Shown here: piece after piece, positions 25,600 to 39,762 of the stretch
Position numbering within the stretch: position 1 is the stretch's first letter
How the letters are laid out: every line of letters begins with the position of its first letter
Assembly: GCA_002189035.1 (NCBI GenBank)
Contig: CM007990.1
Location: 4,092,001-4,156,000 of the forward strand
DNA: 64,000 bases
From: Utricularia gibba
Lineage: Eukaryota > Plantae > Magnoliophyta
Direction: 5' to 3'
Notes under the pieces: model-generated
What the model was told of the DNA's origin: nothing
The model's input: only the letters and a program-made list of their open reading frames with translations
Database searches by the model: none
Translations under genes and position numbers: made by a program

Positions 25600-26450
25600 A
25601 AACAAAGTTACAAACAAGTATACTAGATATCCAATCATATGATGATAGTGTTCAATAAAAAGATAAATATACAATAAAGGAGAAAAATAATATATAAATA
25701 AAGTAAAATAAATATACAATAACTAATATAAATAAAAGTTTTTACTTTTCTAGATCCTAGAATGCACCTCCCTCAAGTTGAGTTTGGGATACATCGCATA
25801 AGTCCTTACCAATAATACTAATGTCGTGTGTGAAGAAACAAATTTGCAATTCAAAAAAACAATTTTGTTGTTGTTCACACATACTGTCAATCATTTTCAA
25901 TATACTTTGTTTGCTTATGAAATATTGAATTAGAAGTAATATGAATGACTATTTAATTATTACACCAAAGTGTATTGGTGTGACTAGAAACTAACTCATT
26001 CGTTGCTATAGATATGGTCCTATATTCAATTTGATTTAAGATTTTGCAATTACATTTTGCTTTTTGGCACACCAAGAAATAAGCGAACATCCTAAAAATT
26101 CACAATTTTCAGATATAGATTGTTGTGTGATATTATTTGAACCCCAATTAATATCAAATATCACAATAATTTTCAAATGCAAAACATCATTTTTGGAAAA
26201 GAAAAAACCTCTTGTTAAATGTTCCATATAAATAGTGCAAACTTTTTTTTCCATTAAGATACTTGAAGTAACAGGTTGGAGATATTAACTAAGTTGCTTA
26301 TTAACACATCTGTAGAATCTATAAGTTTCATATCTCAAATTATATTATTGGCATATTCAATTTGGGATAAGAAATAATCCTCAATTATCCCTTGCAACAA
26401 CAAGCCAGGAATGAATATTGCTTCCCTCTAAATCCTTGACAGTAAACAGT
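25600..26450 (-). mobile_element. Degenerate Ty1/copia LTR retrotransposon 3' end (RT/RNase H, PPT, LTR start)
   Basis: FTVKDL.., DINWG, FLGCSLISWCAKKQ, IEYR, HITSNSIFHKQTKYIEND match copia RT/RNase H motifs; polypurine tract TTGAGGGAGG at 25767-25776 followed by TG. Confidence 0.8.
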
Positions 26451-26916
26451 CTATGTGAATATGATTTTATCCACTAAATAAACTTCAAGTTGTTTTTTGT
26501 TAATGGAATATTATCAACATATAATACTAGCAAGTTAATCTAATCGTTAATTTTATGTATAAATAGATAATTATTATATTGAATTTGAAAGAGACCAAAA
26601 TAGATTAAGGCATTTGTAAGTTGCATTTTTTACTATCCAGAAGATTGATTAAGACTATAACAAATAAGATATGGTTAGAAATATAGTGTCCACCAATTAT
26701 GACAATTATGAATTATTAGCCTTCAAATATGCTTATGCATAAGCCACGCCATTATGAGTTCGTGATGCATACATGATCGTAATTTATCCATAAATCACAT
26801 TTGTCTAGTTCCATTATGCGTGTAGCTTAGTTGATATTTTTTATATTTACCAAATCCTTGAGTCAAGAGTTCGATTTAAATAAATTATACATTTTTATAA
26901 AATTAAAATTAATTCA

Positions 26917-26970
<54 letters not shown>
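26917..26970. repeat. Compound microsatellite (AT)9(GT)18
   Basis: Directly seen. Confidence 0.95.
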
Positions 26971-26973
<3 letters not shown>

Positions 26974-28644
26974 TATTTCAGTTTTTTTTAAAAAAATTAG
27001 CTATTTTTATTATGTTAAATATAGTAAAAAGATACAAAAAATAAGCTTATCATATTAATATATACCAAATTGGAATATTTTGTAAATAAAAAATTTGCAG
27101 AGGGCCATTTCACTAATTACCCATAAGAATAGTATTGTAAATAAACACGATCAAATTTTATTTAAAAAAAGTAGAAATTTAAAATGTTTATTATTTTTAG
27201 TAAGCTTAAAACACTAGCCATTTCTATTTTATTAAATTACTCAAAAAATGATTTCTAAAAAAAATAAAAGTAAAGCCAAACAGAGTTTATAACAATTTAT
27301 ACTTTTGGAAAAATGCTTCAAAAATAATTCTGATATCAAATCCAAACAACTTCTACCATAAAAGGAACAGAAATTTAAAAATACTTCTTATTTTTAAAAA
27401 GTTATAATGTTCCAATTTTTTTTATCAAACTTTTCCAAAAACATAATCAAAGAGAACCTAATTTTTTAATGGGTTATTTGATCGGTTCCATTGGATCTAA
27501 TTGAGTTTAATTACATTTCTCATTGAAACCCTAAAATTGGTTAAGTATTTCAATTGAAACTCTAATTGAACTCCCCAAATTGATTAAAGTAAAATTAGAA
27601 TTAATGGATCGACTTTCAAAATGGGTCATTTAGACGCTTTTTTTTCTCACACACTATAATCAAATTTTTATACATGAGGTAATCATTTTTATTACATAAT
27701 CAAAAAACAATGATCGTTTTTATAATACATTCAAAATTAATTTCTTGTGAGATAGAGTAATAAAAAGGATCAAAACAAAACTCATTCTATTAGACTTGGA
27801 TCATTCACAAATGTAATTATTTTTTTTTATTTTCCATATATTAAGTCAAAATTTTACTATATAAATTTCGAAAAGGATTAAAAAAAAAAAAGACATGAGG
27901 TAAAAAGGATTGTGCGAGGGCTAAGGCCGAAAAGGATTTGTTCATATAGAAAACAACTTGGATTAAACAAAAATGGAAACATAACCGCGGGCAGCAAAAA
28001 AGTTGAGAAGTGAAAACTGTAATCGATGGCGGTGTATGATGAATCCAGGGATCAAACTCGATGAGGTATGCGGGGGTATGTATTCAACTTCGCAGGATTT
28101 GGGAATTTGTTTGCAAACTAAAAGCGATTTCGGATATTGATTGCCTGCGGTCTGCGGTTGCACTTTGGTGAGCAGAAAAAGCGAAAAGGGTGGCCTACTT
28201 TTTCCGGAAGCAAAGTGATTTTGGGTAAACTGCTTGCTGCCACCGGATTAGGGATTGGGCTTTCTGATTCCGATTGTCAAGTTTAGTCAGATGGTGTTCT
28301 TGAACTTTGATCTGTAAGTGCTTCGACTGTCGATTTTAGGGTTGGAAAAAAAAATGATGTTTTGGGGTGGAAAAACGATGTTGGCGGGTTTGGGGTTGTG
28401 GAATTTATGAATCATGGTGCTGCGTTAACAGGAAATGGAGAAAGATGCGGAGTTTGTTTTCTGAGCTACACGAGCACCTATGTCTAGTATATTACCACCT
28501 CCTGTTTTGCATAACATGCACTGATTTATTACTGTGTTATCTGGTTTTTATGGGTTATGTACATGCTTGTTTCTACTTTGTAGTTTTTAAGCCATATTGT
28601 TGTATACTTTTTCAGGTTTTGTGGATCTAAGTAGGGAGGGTATA

Positions 28645-29380
28645 ATGTCGAGGCCAATGCTGGTTGTTTTTCTGTTTTTGTTGTTGATCATAACCTCTCA
28701 ATTTGAATGGAGGCAGCAGTTAGCAACTGACATTGATGCCAATTCAAGCGAGTCTCAGAAGCAGCTAGAAATATCAAAAAGGGAAGAAGGGGTTAAGGAG
28801 AAGGTAATATTTGACCTTGATGCCCATCTTTTGTCTGGACTGTTGCATATTCAGTCTACCTTTAAGATTGTATTCCTATGCCTGTGGATTAAGTTTGTTT
28901 CCATCTATGTTAAACTTTGAGTTGCCAAATATATGAAGTTCTTCTGCAGTTCAAACCCTGTACTTGGAACGCATATGCTGTTATAAGATATGCCAGCTCT
29001 GGTGTGATGCTTTATTTAACTTGGTTGCTTCTCTCCGTCAGCGGCTCGAAATTCTGTGAATAGTTTCTTTGTCAGTATAGATAGGCCTTTTTCTGTAACA
29101 AGTATTTTGCGTTTTCAATTTTGTCTACTTAGCATTGTGTTTTACGTTTTGTTCTGTTGCCAACAAGTGGTTATGCAAAGGCGGTCCCTCACGTGCATTT
29201 TTTCTTTCACAGATCATCTTGTCACAGGAGAAGAACATCCAGATGCTAAATGAGCTCGTTCGAACTCTGAGAGAGCAGCTACAACAATGCCGAAACAAAA
29301 GCGAGAGTTTCAACCGCACTGCAAGCTCATTTACAGAAAAGGCCATTGACCTGGAGCAACGTCAAATTCTTGATGACTGA
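28645..29380 (+). CDS. Small conserved plant protein with N-terminal hydrophobic segment and coiled coil; exons 28645-28803 and 29213-29380, plus a 5'UTR intron
   Basis: MSRPMLVVFLFLLLIITSQFEWRQQL...EGVKEK|IILSQEKNIQMLNELVRTLREQLQQCR; canonical phase-0 intron. Confidence 0.85.
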
Positions 29381-30005
29381 ATTGTTCATCTCTGTTCCAA
29401 TTTCTCACTACAATTTGTCCGTGATGTTCATAGCTCAATCAACACAGAGATCCCAGCTTTGGTTTTCCTCAACGATAACTTGCTGCTGTTGGGTTCTTCA
29501 TGGCATCAGAGAAGTTACTTGTTCTACACCTTAAAGAACTCTGCTGCTATTAGACTCAGTTCAACCAGTGTTTTTGAAGAGCTCTATCAATGACAATGAG
29601 TTCATTCTTGAAAAAGACTGAAATTCCAGGTTCAGCAAGTCACAAATGGAATCTTTATTTTCAGTTCAAACTTTGATCAAAAGATACAAGACATTCTGTA
29701 ACAAAGATAAGCGGAATAGCAGGCTGGAGGCTACAGCAATATATACGTGTACTAGTAGTACCTATGAAACTGAAACACTTCAAACCTAACAAAAAAACAA
29801 CAGCTTCTCCCTCACTGACTTGTGACCTCTGTTCTGGTGCTCACGATTCTTGGTCAAATGTGATACTCCTGCATATCCAGTTAGCTCCTAGGAAGCAGAT
29901 ATCAAAGAATGGAGAATATTATTTGGGAGTTATTCAACTTCGAATTTCTCATGCTTCTCAAAGATAAATTCCAAACATGAGGCTGAGTAATTTACCCTTG
30001 TGCTC

Positions 30006-32972
30006 TCAGCGTGCATCTGTAGAACTGAAAGAATCAGCAAATACTGCTGCTGGTTTTGATGAGATGCTCCCTTTAGTGTCCTCTGAACTGTAACTGAAAT
30101 CTTGTGTATTTTTCTCCGCTTGCCACCTCTTGAGCATTTGTGAGAGTGGTAAGTCCGTGTCAATCCATGAGCCCTCCTCCATTTCATCAACCGGCTTCCA
30201 TTTCTCAGCCAAACTGGCGAGAACACTCACAGCATGCCCCATTTCAGGCCTGTGATTTGGGTCCCTTGCAGTGCAGTGGCCGGCAAGTTCAGCAACCGCG
30301 AATATGGTTCCCTCGTTTTGTGGATCAGCATCAAGAGCAGGGTCTATTGACGCAGCGAGAGCACCATGATCTGATTTTACCTGCCAAAACCATTCAACCA
30401 AGTACTGGATTTCCTCTGCACGTTGCTCATCTAATGCTACCAAACCAGTCAAGAGTTCGATCAGGATCACCCCAAAGCTGAACACATCAACCTTTGTTGT
30501 GATTTTCCCTGTAACTGTAAGAATATGGAATATGATATCACACAGGTAGTTATGCCTTTCATCATATTTGGCTTAGAAATCATCTCATGCATGACTTAGT
30601 TTTTTTACCTGCGTATTCTGGAGCAAGGTATCCAAAGGTTCCCGCAAGCCGGGTTGCAATAGGTTCCTCTGTATCTGAAGCCAACTTCACCAAACCGAAG
30701 TCTGAAACCTTGGCTCGAAAATCATCATCAAGAAGGATATTTGCAGACTTAAGATCTCGGTGTATGAAGCTTTGGTGAGCCAAAGTGTGGAGATATTCAA
30801 CCCCTCTAGCAACATCAAGGGCGATGGTAAGCCTTGTGGACCAGGACAAGGGAACCAAACCTAGACTTTTCCAGCGAAAGAGATGATGACTGAGAGCACC
30901 TTGAGACATATACTCGTAAACAAGAAGTCTCTCATTTCCTTCTACTGAGTATCCCAACAGGGAGACGAGGTTGCGATGGCGAACCTTCGAAAGCACGGAG
31001 ATTTCTGATCTAAACTCCTCCAAGGCTTTGTCACTTATGGCTCCAACTACCATTCTCTTAACTGCTATCTTTGTTCCACCTTCAAGCTGCCCCCTGTAAA
31101 CTACTCCAAAGCCACCACGACCAAGCTCGTTTTCTTTTGCAAAGGTGTTGGTCACATTGCTGAGGAGTTGAAAAGACACAAATGAACTTCCTGTCTCAGA
31201 CACATGATTATTCTCCAAGCTTGTAGTGCTCATGCTCTCTGTAACACTACCTGCTCTGGAAACATCAGCTACTGCAATTTTCAGCGTGGTAGAATTATCA
31301 GAAGAATCTCCTGGATGGACTACTACATTTGAAAGGAGATGCTTCTTCAGTTTTCGATTTCGTATGCAGTAAACAACAGCAGCAACAGCAATAACGGATG
31401 TAACAGTTGAAGCAGCAGCTGAAGAAACAACAACTAAAAGGTGGGGATTTGATGGCTTAGTGGGGCTAACTTTTTCAGCTGAAGGAGATGCTGAATTGTC
31501 TTCATTGGAATAAATTGGATTCACCGGAGTCCGTAGAGGTGGAAGAACAAGTTGAGAAGGGAATTTTAGCCGTCCTTGATCTTTGAATTTCGGATTGCCA
31601 TCAACTGTTACTAAGACAGAATCTCTAAATCTTGGTAGTGGTAACTCGAAATCATTGCCTGATAAATTCAACACTCTCAGCAACCTAAGCTGCGTAAGCA
31701 TCTCTGGAACTCTGCCAAAAAGATTGTTTCCTTCCAAATGAATTTCAAGAAGTGATGATAAGTTCACCAAAGAGGGACTTAAAGTTCCATTCAATGCAAG
31801 TCCTCTCAGATTTATCACAGAAACTTCACCCCTTGTGTTACAACGGATTCCCATCCATGATCCTCCACAAGGATCATTTCCAGTCCATTGGCATGCGAGC
31901 TGCTTAGGATACTTCAAATCATGCAGAAAATCTAAAAGGGCATTAACCTGAGGAGCACATTGTTCCCCAGGGTCAGACCTACAAAAAAAATTCGAAGAAA
32001 CTGAAACATTTCGTGCCTTGAAGTTGGGCATCGGCCCCATAAAGATGTTGTTGCTCAGATCTAATACTCGAAGATTCATATCTGCCAAGCTCTGGGGATC
32101 AAACCTACGAGGGAATTCTTGTTAAGGTTTAGTTCCTGTAGGTAGCTCAGCCGACCAATGTCATCAGGGATAGTACCCATGAACTGATTTCCATGGATCC
32201 AAACTTGAGATAGCTCTGTCATACTAGAGATCACATCAATAGTACCATTCATTCCTTCCCCCTCTTGATCATTCAGCCACAATTTCTGCAACATTGAGTT
32301 GCGAAATGTTGATGGAATCGGTCCAGACAGCTTGTTATATGACAACAACAACGAAGAAAGTGATGGGAGCTTCCCAAAGAAATCAGGAACAGAACCAACT
32401 ATATTGCAACTAGAACAAGAAAAATTCACCAATAACAAAGATTCAGCAACATCATTCGGTATCGTCCATCCATGTGTCGGATTAAATGGATTTCCATCCA
32501 AAGCAAGCACAAGAATACTCCTCAGTCCCACAAAGAAGTCAGCAGGTATTGCATCAAACTCATTATAATTCAAGAACGCAAATTGAAGATTTGAGAGGCC
32601 ACTGAAGGTCGGCAATATTCCATTGAACTTGTTCCTTTGAAACCCCACATTCCGAAGCTCAGTCAACTGATTCAAGTTTTGAGGCAAAGGGCCTTTTAAT
32701 CCAAGACCCTGAACCTGAATCTGAGTTACTCTTCCATTAGAACAGAAGACATGAGGCCACGAAGGAGGGCCGCAAGGATCATCAGCATTTCCCTTTTCAG
32801 GCCATTTTAGAAGCTCTGGGTTTTCCAGATTCTCTCTGAAATCACTCAGAACCTTCAAATCGCTCGGGTCTGTATACGCATCCACACTCGCAAGAATGCA
32901 CAAACACAACCACCCACAGAAAATGTAGATCGATGTCTCTACAAACAACCCCATGAACAATATCTGAACCAA
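30006..32972 (-). CDS. TMK-family LRR receptor-like kinase; intron 30515-30608; 1-bp frameshift at 32094-32097 as assembled
   Basis: Signal peptide, LRR blocks split by a Cys-pair cap (WTGNDPC), TM helix, GRGGFG, HRDLKSANILL, DFG, GTFGYLAPEYA|VTGKITTKVDVFSFG. Confidence 0.93.
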
Positions 32973-33868
32973 GAACTCAACTTACAGCGGTTAAACTCCT
33001 CTCAATATCCTAAAAAAATACAGCAAACACAAGCAACCCAGATGAGAAAACTAAGAAAAATGCGCCTACAACGAACAAAAGGGACCCCTCACTAGCCAGT
33101 GGTCACTAGTGATATTAGGACTCTACAGCAAAAAAAATTTCGCACTTTATTTACCGTTGTGTTTCCCTTTCTTTTTTTCCCGGGAAGCTTCTGCCTCACC
33201 GTCCTGTACGTTTCTTGCTACCGACAAGCGCAGGCATCACTCACTCCTCCTCCCCGCCATGAGCATCCATCATAACCCTCGTCTGAAAATACAATCATCA
33301 CCTGAGCCATTATTAAATGAAGGTAATGCTACGATTTTATTGCAAGCAATGTGAGTTGCAATCCCACCAGAGGTCAAGAATTCTGTCGACAATCATCCTC
33401 GTCATGTCAACACAAACATTATAAATGACTATGCATCATCCTCACATCCTTGTCCTTATGCCAACTTTTATCCCATAATTTTCAACTATTTTTCTGAACC
33501 AAACCACGCTTTTACAGCAAAATATTATCAAAAAACAGAACCCATTATCAAAAAAATTGAAAATTTTAATTCGATTGCTCCGTGGCATAAATCCTTAAAA
33601 TTGGTACGATTAGTCCCAATATTTAATAAAAATGAAATAAAGCATCCAATGACATATTTAATTCGTGGTGGACATATTTAATTCTTAATTTTTAAAAATA
33701 AGTTCGTTAAGAATAGTAGTAAATGAGTGCTAATAGTTCTGGGCCAAAACTTATTTGGCCCACCTATACGGGTACGGGCTAAGGCCCAAGTCTGGTCCAT
33801 GTGGGCCATGGGTTTCCCTGGACTCACATCACATGAAGAAAAAATCAATGGGGTACATTCATCTATTA

Positions 33869-34120
33869 GATTACGTTTGGTTGAATGAAAATATGTTGAT
33901 TGAGTTTAGAGAATTTGAGTATAATTTATTTGGGTATAGATGAGTATTCTCAAAACCCATCTAATTAGTGAGTTTAAAAAATACCTATAAATTAGATTTA
34001 TGAAGGGTTATATATAGGTTTTAGTGTAAAAATTAATTAAATATTTAATAAGATACCAAATAAGGATATATTTTATTAATCCATTTATATCCATTTTGTA
34101 TCAAACAATCAAACATACCC
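33869..34120. mobile_element. Older Tourist-like MITE (degenerate TIRs)
   Basis: Left TTA-GATTACGTTTGGTTG versus reverse complement of right end TAA-GGGTATGTTTGATTG; AT-rich interior. Confidence 0.45.
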
Positions 34121-34124
34121 TTAA

Positions 34125-34337
34125 GTTTGTGTTTGATAGTTTGTATAAACAAGGATATACTTATAGTGTGATAGACAATGTATGTTTAATTGTTCATATA
34201 AATTTTTTCTTATATATTTATTTATTTTACTATAAGTATACATTTATTTCATATGATATTCTTTTTTAAATTTATTCTAATATTATGGATAAATTTATAT
34301 CAATATAATATATATCGGTATGACTATCAAACACAAC
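34125..34337. mobile_element. 213-bp Tourist-like (PIF/Harbinger) MITE
   Basis: TIRs GTTTGTGTTTGATAGT ... ACTATCAAACACAAC, flanked on both sides by TTAA. Confidence 0.75.
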
Positions 34338-34404
34338 TTAAATATAATAATATGAGGGTTTAGGCCTCTCTTATTTTGTATATTTGGTTCACGGATTTAA
34401 ACAA

Positions 34405-34636
34405 GTTTGAAAATAAGATAGATACTTGTGTTACGTCTTTGCATTTATAAATATATTTATTTGATAGATATGTTTTGACAAAAAATTGTTCTTTTATGTG
34501 AATTTTTAATTCATTAAAAGTTATTTTTATTTATTTTACATATATTTAAAGTTTGAAATTGAGATAGATACTTGTACTATGAATTTGATAGATATGTTTT
34601 TAAAACAATTTTCCTTTTATGTGAATTTTTTTAATT
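34405..34636. repeat. Degenerate direct repeat, period about 146 bp
   Basis: GTTTGAAA..GATAGATACTTGT...TTTGATAGATATGTTTT...TTTTATGTGAATTTTT starts at 34405 and again at 34551. Confidence 0.7.
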
Positions 34637-34963
34637 AAATAAAATTTATTTTTAATTTATATTTATAAAATCTATATAATAAATATGTTTTTAATTTTAA
34701 TTATATAATTCAAATATATTATTATTAAAACCACCTTATTTTACCTCCATTTTACCCAAATATCATATAATATAGTATTTTATATATTCAATTTTATCGA
34801 AATTTAAATAAAATAAACTCTTTTTATTCTAATACTCCAAAACAGACACAGCGTTAGTTCTAAAAAAGAAGATTACCAGGTGACCAAAAGAATTAAGTTT
34901 GTGGGTGAGTGACTCTTTCCCACTCAACTCCGCACATCAGATTTCTTCTCTTTTCTTCTCTGG

Positions 34964-37900
34964 TTAGTCATCATCTGCAGCACTGTTTCTTTTGGTGCTT
35001 CGCTCGATGAAGCTGACGAGCGTCAGGGAGACCTCCATCCTCGTTATGTCCCGGTTCGTCTGTCCAAAACAAGCTCCCATTTAGCACCTCATTGAATGCC
35101 AAACCAGCTGAGATGCTTAGAGTGCGTACCTCCACTGCGAAGCGAGCCCAGACATCGTTGTTCTTCCTGGTCTCTATGATGCCCCTCAGGATCGTTAACC
35201 CGAGACCCTGATGGTGTCAGCTATTTCTAAGAAGCAGCCCTGTTCCTGGCACAGCATCTGCAACACAGAAGGTAGTGGCTTGGGTTGAGCTTGTGTCTGC
35301 GACAGTGTTTCTTCAGAGTTCTCAAGGAGCTCACCTCTATGAGCATGTGGCCGGGCTGACTTAGATCTTCAACCAGGATGGGGCATGCTGCTGCTTCACA
35401 AGCATATGTTGCTCTTCGAAGATCGCCCTCGTCGTTGTAAATCTGAAGGATGAAGGGAAGGTGAAAGCATGTTCTTTCATACTTGGAAGGTTGAGCAAAT
35501 GTAACATTAGACCTTTGGTTCCATGGCATGTTTTAGCTTCTCTGCGTGCTTGGTTACGCTTTGCAGGAACAGCATGTGTTTGATGGTGCGCTCCAGAAGA
35601 GAATCGATGCTACACTGTAGGAAAGAAAGCAACCAGAACTCGGAAAGGGTTCAGAAAAGGAAGAGATGAAAGGAAAAAGGGATTACCTTTGCACCATTGG
35701 GGACGATTTCTCTCAGCTCCTTTACACGATCTTGGATCATTTGTCGATCTCGAGGACGTGGTCTGGGGTTTTCACCTGGTTTATGTCTCTTATGGCATGG
35801 TTTGTTGCCGACACCAGAAGAAGCATCGTTGTTCCGCTTCAGATTAAGTCCTCTGCCGATCCAAGAATCATAGATGAAGGTGTAATGGCTTGTTCCTGAA
35901 TCCTGTTTACCTGAGATGGTTTTCGTGGAGGCTGAGCTCTTCTTTTCCCCAGAACTTGCAACATTTCCATGGATTCCAGGGGATTCTTCCTCCCCATAGT
36001 CTGGAAACTGAAACGTCCCGTTGGGTGAATTCTCAAGCACAGAAAGAGGCTTTGAGACCACTGCCTCCAGTAGGTAATCCGCCTGTGTCTCTGGAGAAAT
36101 CCCACTTTCCAACTCCTCCTGACCAGCCGGACACATCTCCGGGGAATCCCCACCTCCATTGCCACCCTGAGCATCCCAGAAGCTTCTCAGTACCTGGTTT
36201 CTGAACTCGGCACCTAAAACATCAAACAAATCATCTCCAGCTCGAGGGTAGCTGCATATATCATCAGTTGCCATTGCATCGGCTTGACTATCCCTCATCT
36301 TGCTTTCCCGCTGCATTACAGAGCTGCAATCAAGAAGGGAATTCGATACTGAAGCTGGATTTTCAGGCGGGCGACTTCCACAGGTGCTCTTCACGTCAAA
36401 ACTTGTGGACTTGGGCTTCCAGATACATGTCAAGTCCTCATTAGCTGCTCTCAGCCTGCCCAGAGCATACTGATCCACCAACACATCCGAGTTCGTTGCC
36501 GTAGTAGCTCTGTCTTTAGCCTCCGGATTCATGAACTTCAACGCTACTAGACCTGCTTCAGCTGTGTCAGTACAATCTCCAGAAAACATTAGCCAGAGCT
36601 TCAGGGATGGAGAACCATTACTTGTATCTCCAGAGGAAAAGGGAGATGAAGTTTGAGCCCCGTAGTTGGGAAGGCCTGCAACTGGTAAAGAAGAGGCTCT
36701 GGAGGAATCCGACTCAGGACGAGGGAATGTCTGAGTCCTGGTTGTAGAAGCAAGTTCATCAGATCGCAGGGCTCCTGGGAGATGTCCCAGTCGATGTAAA
36801 AGCATTGCAACATCGTTGACAAATCCTGCATTCTCCACAACCTGCGGAAGTGAATCACCATAATCAGACAGTGAAACCATGGGATGACTGACTCTAGGAG
36901 ATGATGTTTAACAAAATGGGATCAGAAACTTACTTGGAAGTGAGAACCAAACTGAACTACACCGTGAGGAAGAACCGGAACAACTGCAACTGTCTGAACA
37001 ACGAGAATGGTTAACTCATGAAAGGAAACTACCTTCTTCATACACCAGATTGTACCTGCAAGCCAGCTGAAAATTGTTGATAGACCTCGCTTACAACCTG
37101 AAACAACATGAGAAGAAAAGGAGATGACTACCCAGTTGCACCACGGCATCGTTGTTTCCATTGCCAGGTTAGTTGTAATGACCATAAAAGAGAAGCTTCA
37201 GGTCTTAAAGAACGAATACCCAGAAATCGAATGATCAAATTATGGAACAAAGCATTCTGGAATTCTAGAAAGGATGTGCCGAAGTGTTGAACTCTTTACC
37301 TTTGGATGGTGGGCTTCAGCATGAAAATTTTCAGAAGATATCCAGGAATGCTCCCCTGTTAATGCAACATTTCCCACCAATCTGAGAAGAAGTTGAAAAA
37401 GAAAAGACTCATTCTTGGAGAAAGTTATCAAACTGGGTACACCTAAAACATGATTTTAAATGTGCTGAAACCGTTCAAGCATGCGGATTCAAGTTGTTGT
37501 CTTGGAACGAACTGGAAAACGTCATAATCCATAACTTGCAAGCAATGAACTACAGCAACAAGGGTAAAAGTATGTATGGAGAACTCACCCTTCTCCTAAA
37601 TTGTGAGCATCATCCGCCATTTTGTTCAAGAGCTGATGAACCTTATCTCCAGTCAAAAAGTGGGATTCTAGATCAGGAGTTGCTTGAACTGAAACATCAG
37701 AATCTTGAAAAAAAGTTTCTAGTTTCAACTCAGACTTCTGTGGAAGCCCAGATGTTGGTGAATAATGATGTTCTTCCCAAACAAGAATCCTGTAAGAAAT
37801 ACATATTCTGTCAAGCTCCAGATCACCGCAATCGACTCAAGAAACGGAGAGGTGGTTCTGGACAAAATATGCCAAAGACAGGATGAGACATTTAGACCAG

Positions 37901-38398
37901 GAAGCAGAAACAGTGTTTTCAGGCAGGCGTTCCTTGTCTGAGATGCCTCAGGAAAAGTAGAACAAGAACAACTACAAAACTCCAAGCTTTTAGAAAAAAA
38001 AGGCAGATAAAATTTTGAAATGAAAACAAGTATTGTGCGAAAAAAAACATGAATTGGTCAAACACATTTCCAAAGGTGAAAAAAAATGGTTCAACCAAAA
38101 GTGACTGAGAAAGCTACAGAAAACGTTAAGCAAAGACATTTCTTTGACAGAAACCCAGAAATCAAAACAGTAAAAGCACGTTGAAATGTCATGAAACTGG
38201 GGAGCCAGTACCCACACTCCACAGACGCGTATTTTCCTACTTTTCACACAATGCTGTTTCACATTTCCACTAACTAAAATCAAGGAGCTTTTTGACTACT
38301 CACTTGGGTTGTTTGCATCCAATCCTCCAGAAAACAGCGTAAGTCCACTGATTGACTCCACAAAGAGTCTTCAAAGCCTCTTTCAACAAAAACCGCAT
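34964..38398 (-). CDS. LHW: LONESOME HIGHWAY-like bHLH transcription factor; 1-bp frameshift at 35206-35208 as assembled
   Basis: MRFLLKEALKTLCGVNQWTYAVFWRIGCKQPK|ILVWEE; TVAVVPVLPHGVVQFGS; KPGENPRPRPRDRQMIQDRVKELREIVPNGAK|CSIDSLLERTIKHMLFLQSV; ACT-like C-terminus. Confidence 0.9.
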
Positions 38399-39762
38399 CA
38401 CACAAGTTCTCTGAAAATGAGGATAGATATTCTTCTTCAGGTTTTGTGTGAAACACAACACTGTTTCTACATGGGGTAAGCAGTTAACATTTCCTCCAGT
38501 TCACCGTCGAAAGTGGGGTTTTAACTCTTTAGAGAACAGCTACGGTATCCTAGAGGGCAAGAGCTCACAGCTGACAAAGAACCCACTTCTCCCCCATTGG
38601 CGTACATGAAAGCACAAACAGAAACCCCTTCAAGTGTAGCAGTTGAAGTGAAGGATGCAGGTCAGAACAGAAGAAGAAACAACTTTGCTGTTCTTTAATA
38701 AAAGGGAGGGAATGGGAGGAAAAAAAACTAGTGGAAACTAGTAATAAATAAATGCCGAAAAGTTTGTTTTCGTTTTCTCGAGGCAAGATGCGCTTGTGAG
38801 AATGATGATGATGATGATGGTACTGGGGTCTGGTCCAACTTTCCCTTTTGTCCACTACTCCCCACTCCCAACTCCACTGTCCACCCCGTTCTGTAGTAGT
38901 AGCCAGTCGAACAGAAACTGGACTCGCTAAAATGCGCCATGATGATTCATGAATGAGACAGGAGCTTTCCCGGAATTGTCCTTTGTTGGCTTGGGAACTG
39001 ACTCTTGTGTTCATTGCCAGTTTTCTGGAATTCATGGACAAAAAAATTGTTCGTATGACAATGTTGGAACTTGGTTTCCACATGATTCTCCTTTTTCCAT
39101 CCATGGAAATATGGATGAATCTCGCACTACACCGTGGGAAACCATACTGCACACAGTGAGAATGGTAATCCACAGATTACCAGGTTATGTTTTTTTTTCT
39201 AAAGAAATGTTATAAATGATTCAGAACAAAAACCATCCACTCCAATTCAGACCAAACCATCTGTTTTTTAAACAATGGATAATGAAACTTTTAGATATGA
39301 AGATGGAAAAATAACAGCAAATGAGAATGGATCTTGTTGATCCAAACCACGTTTCACTTGTTCTATACTCACTTCACAGATGACCAAATTCCTTATGTTG
39401 ACACAGTTCAAATCCACTTGGGTAGTCTTGGCAAAATGCCTTGTTCAACTTGTCCTTTTTCTTTCTGGTAATCATTCTCAGCTCACCAAACAAGCAACGA
39501 TTGCACGACTTCTTTCAAAGATAATTAAGAAAAATAAATAGGCAGGAGCTGAAGAAATAACTACTTCCGAAATAGCTAAACAAATATGTAATGTGCAAAT
39601 TGCAGGTATTAAGTAGCAAGGTATCAGGGACCGATACTGAATCATAGATGCAAATAGTCTCAAAAATACAATGGCCATACCATCTTTTAATCGTCTAAGG
39701 TCTCTCAAATAATAACATAGTAAGCATTTCTGTCAACATCTGCTAGAAGCACACTTGCCTGA

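Noticed and set aside
33270-33330. GTGATGA box C-like motif upstream of TMK
   Set aside because: No properly spaced box D (CTGA) or terminal stem, so a snoRNA is not supported.
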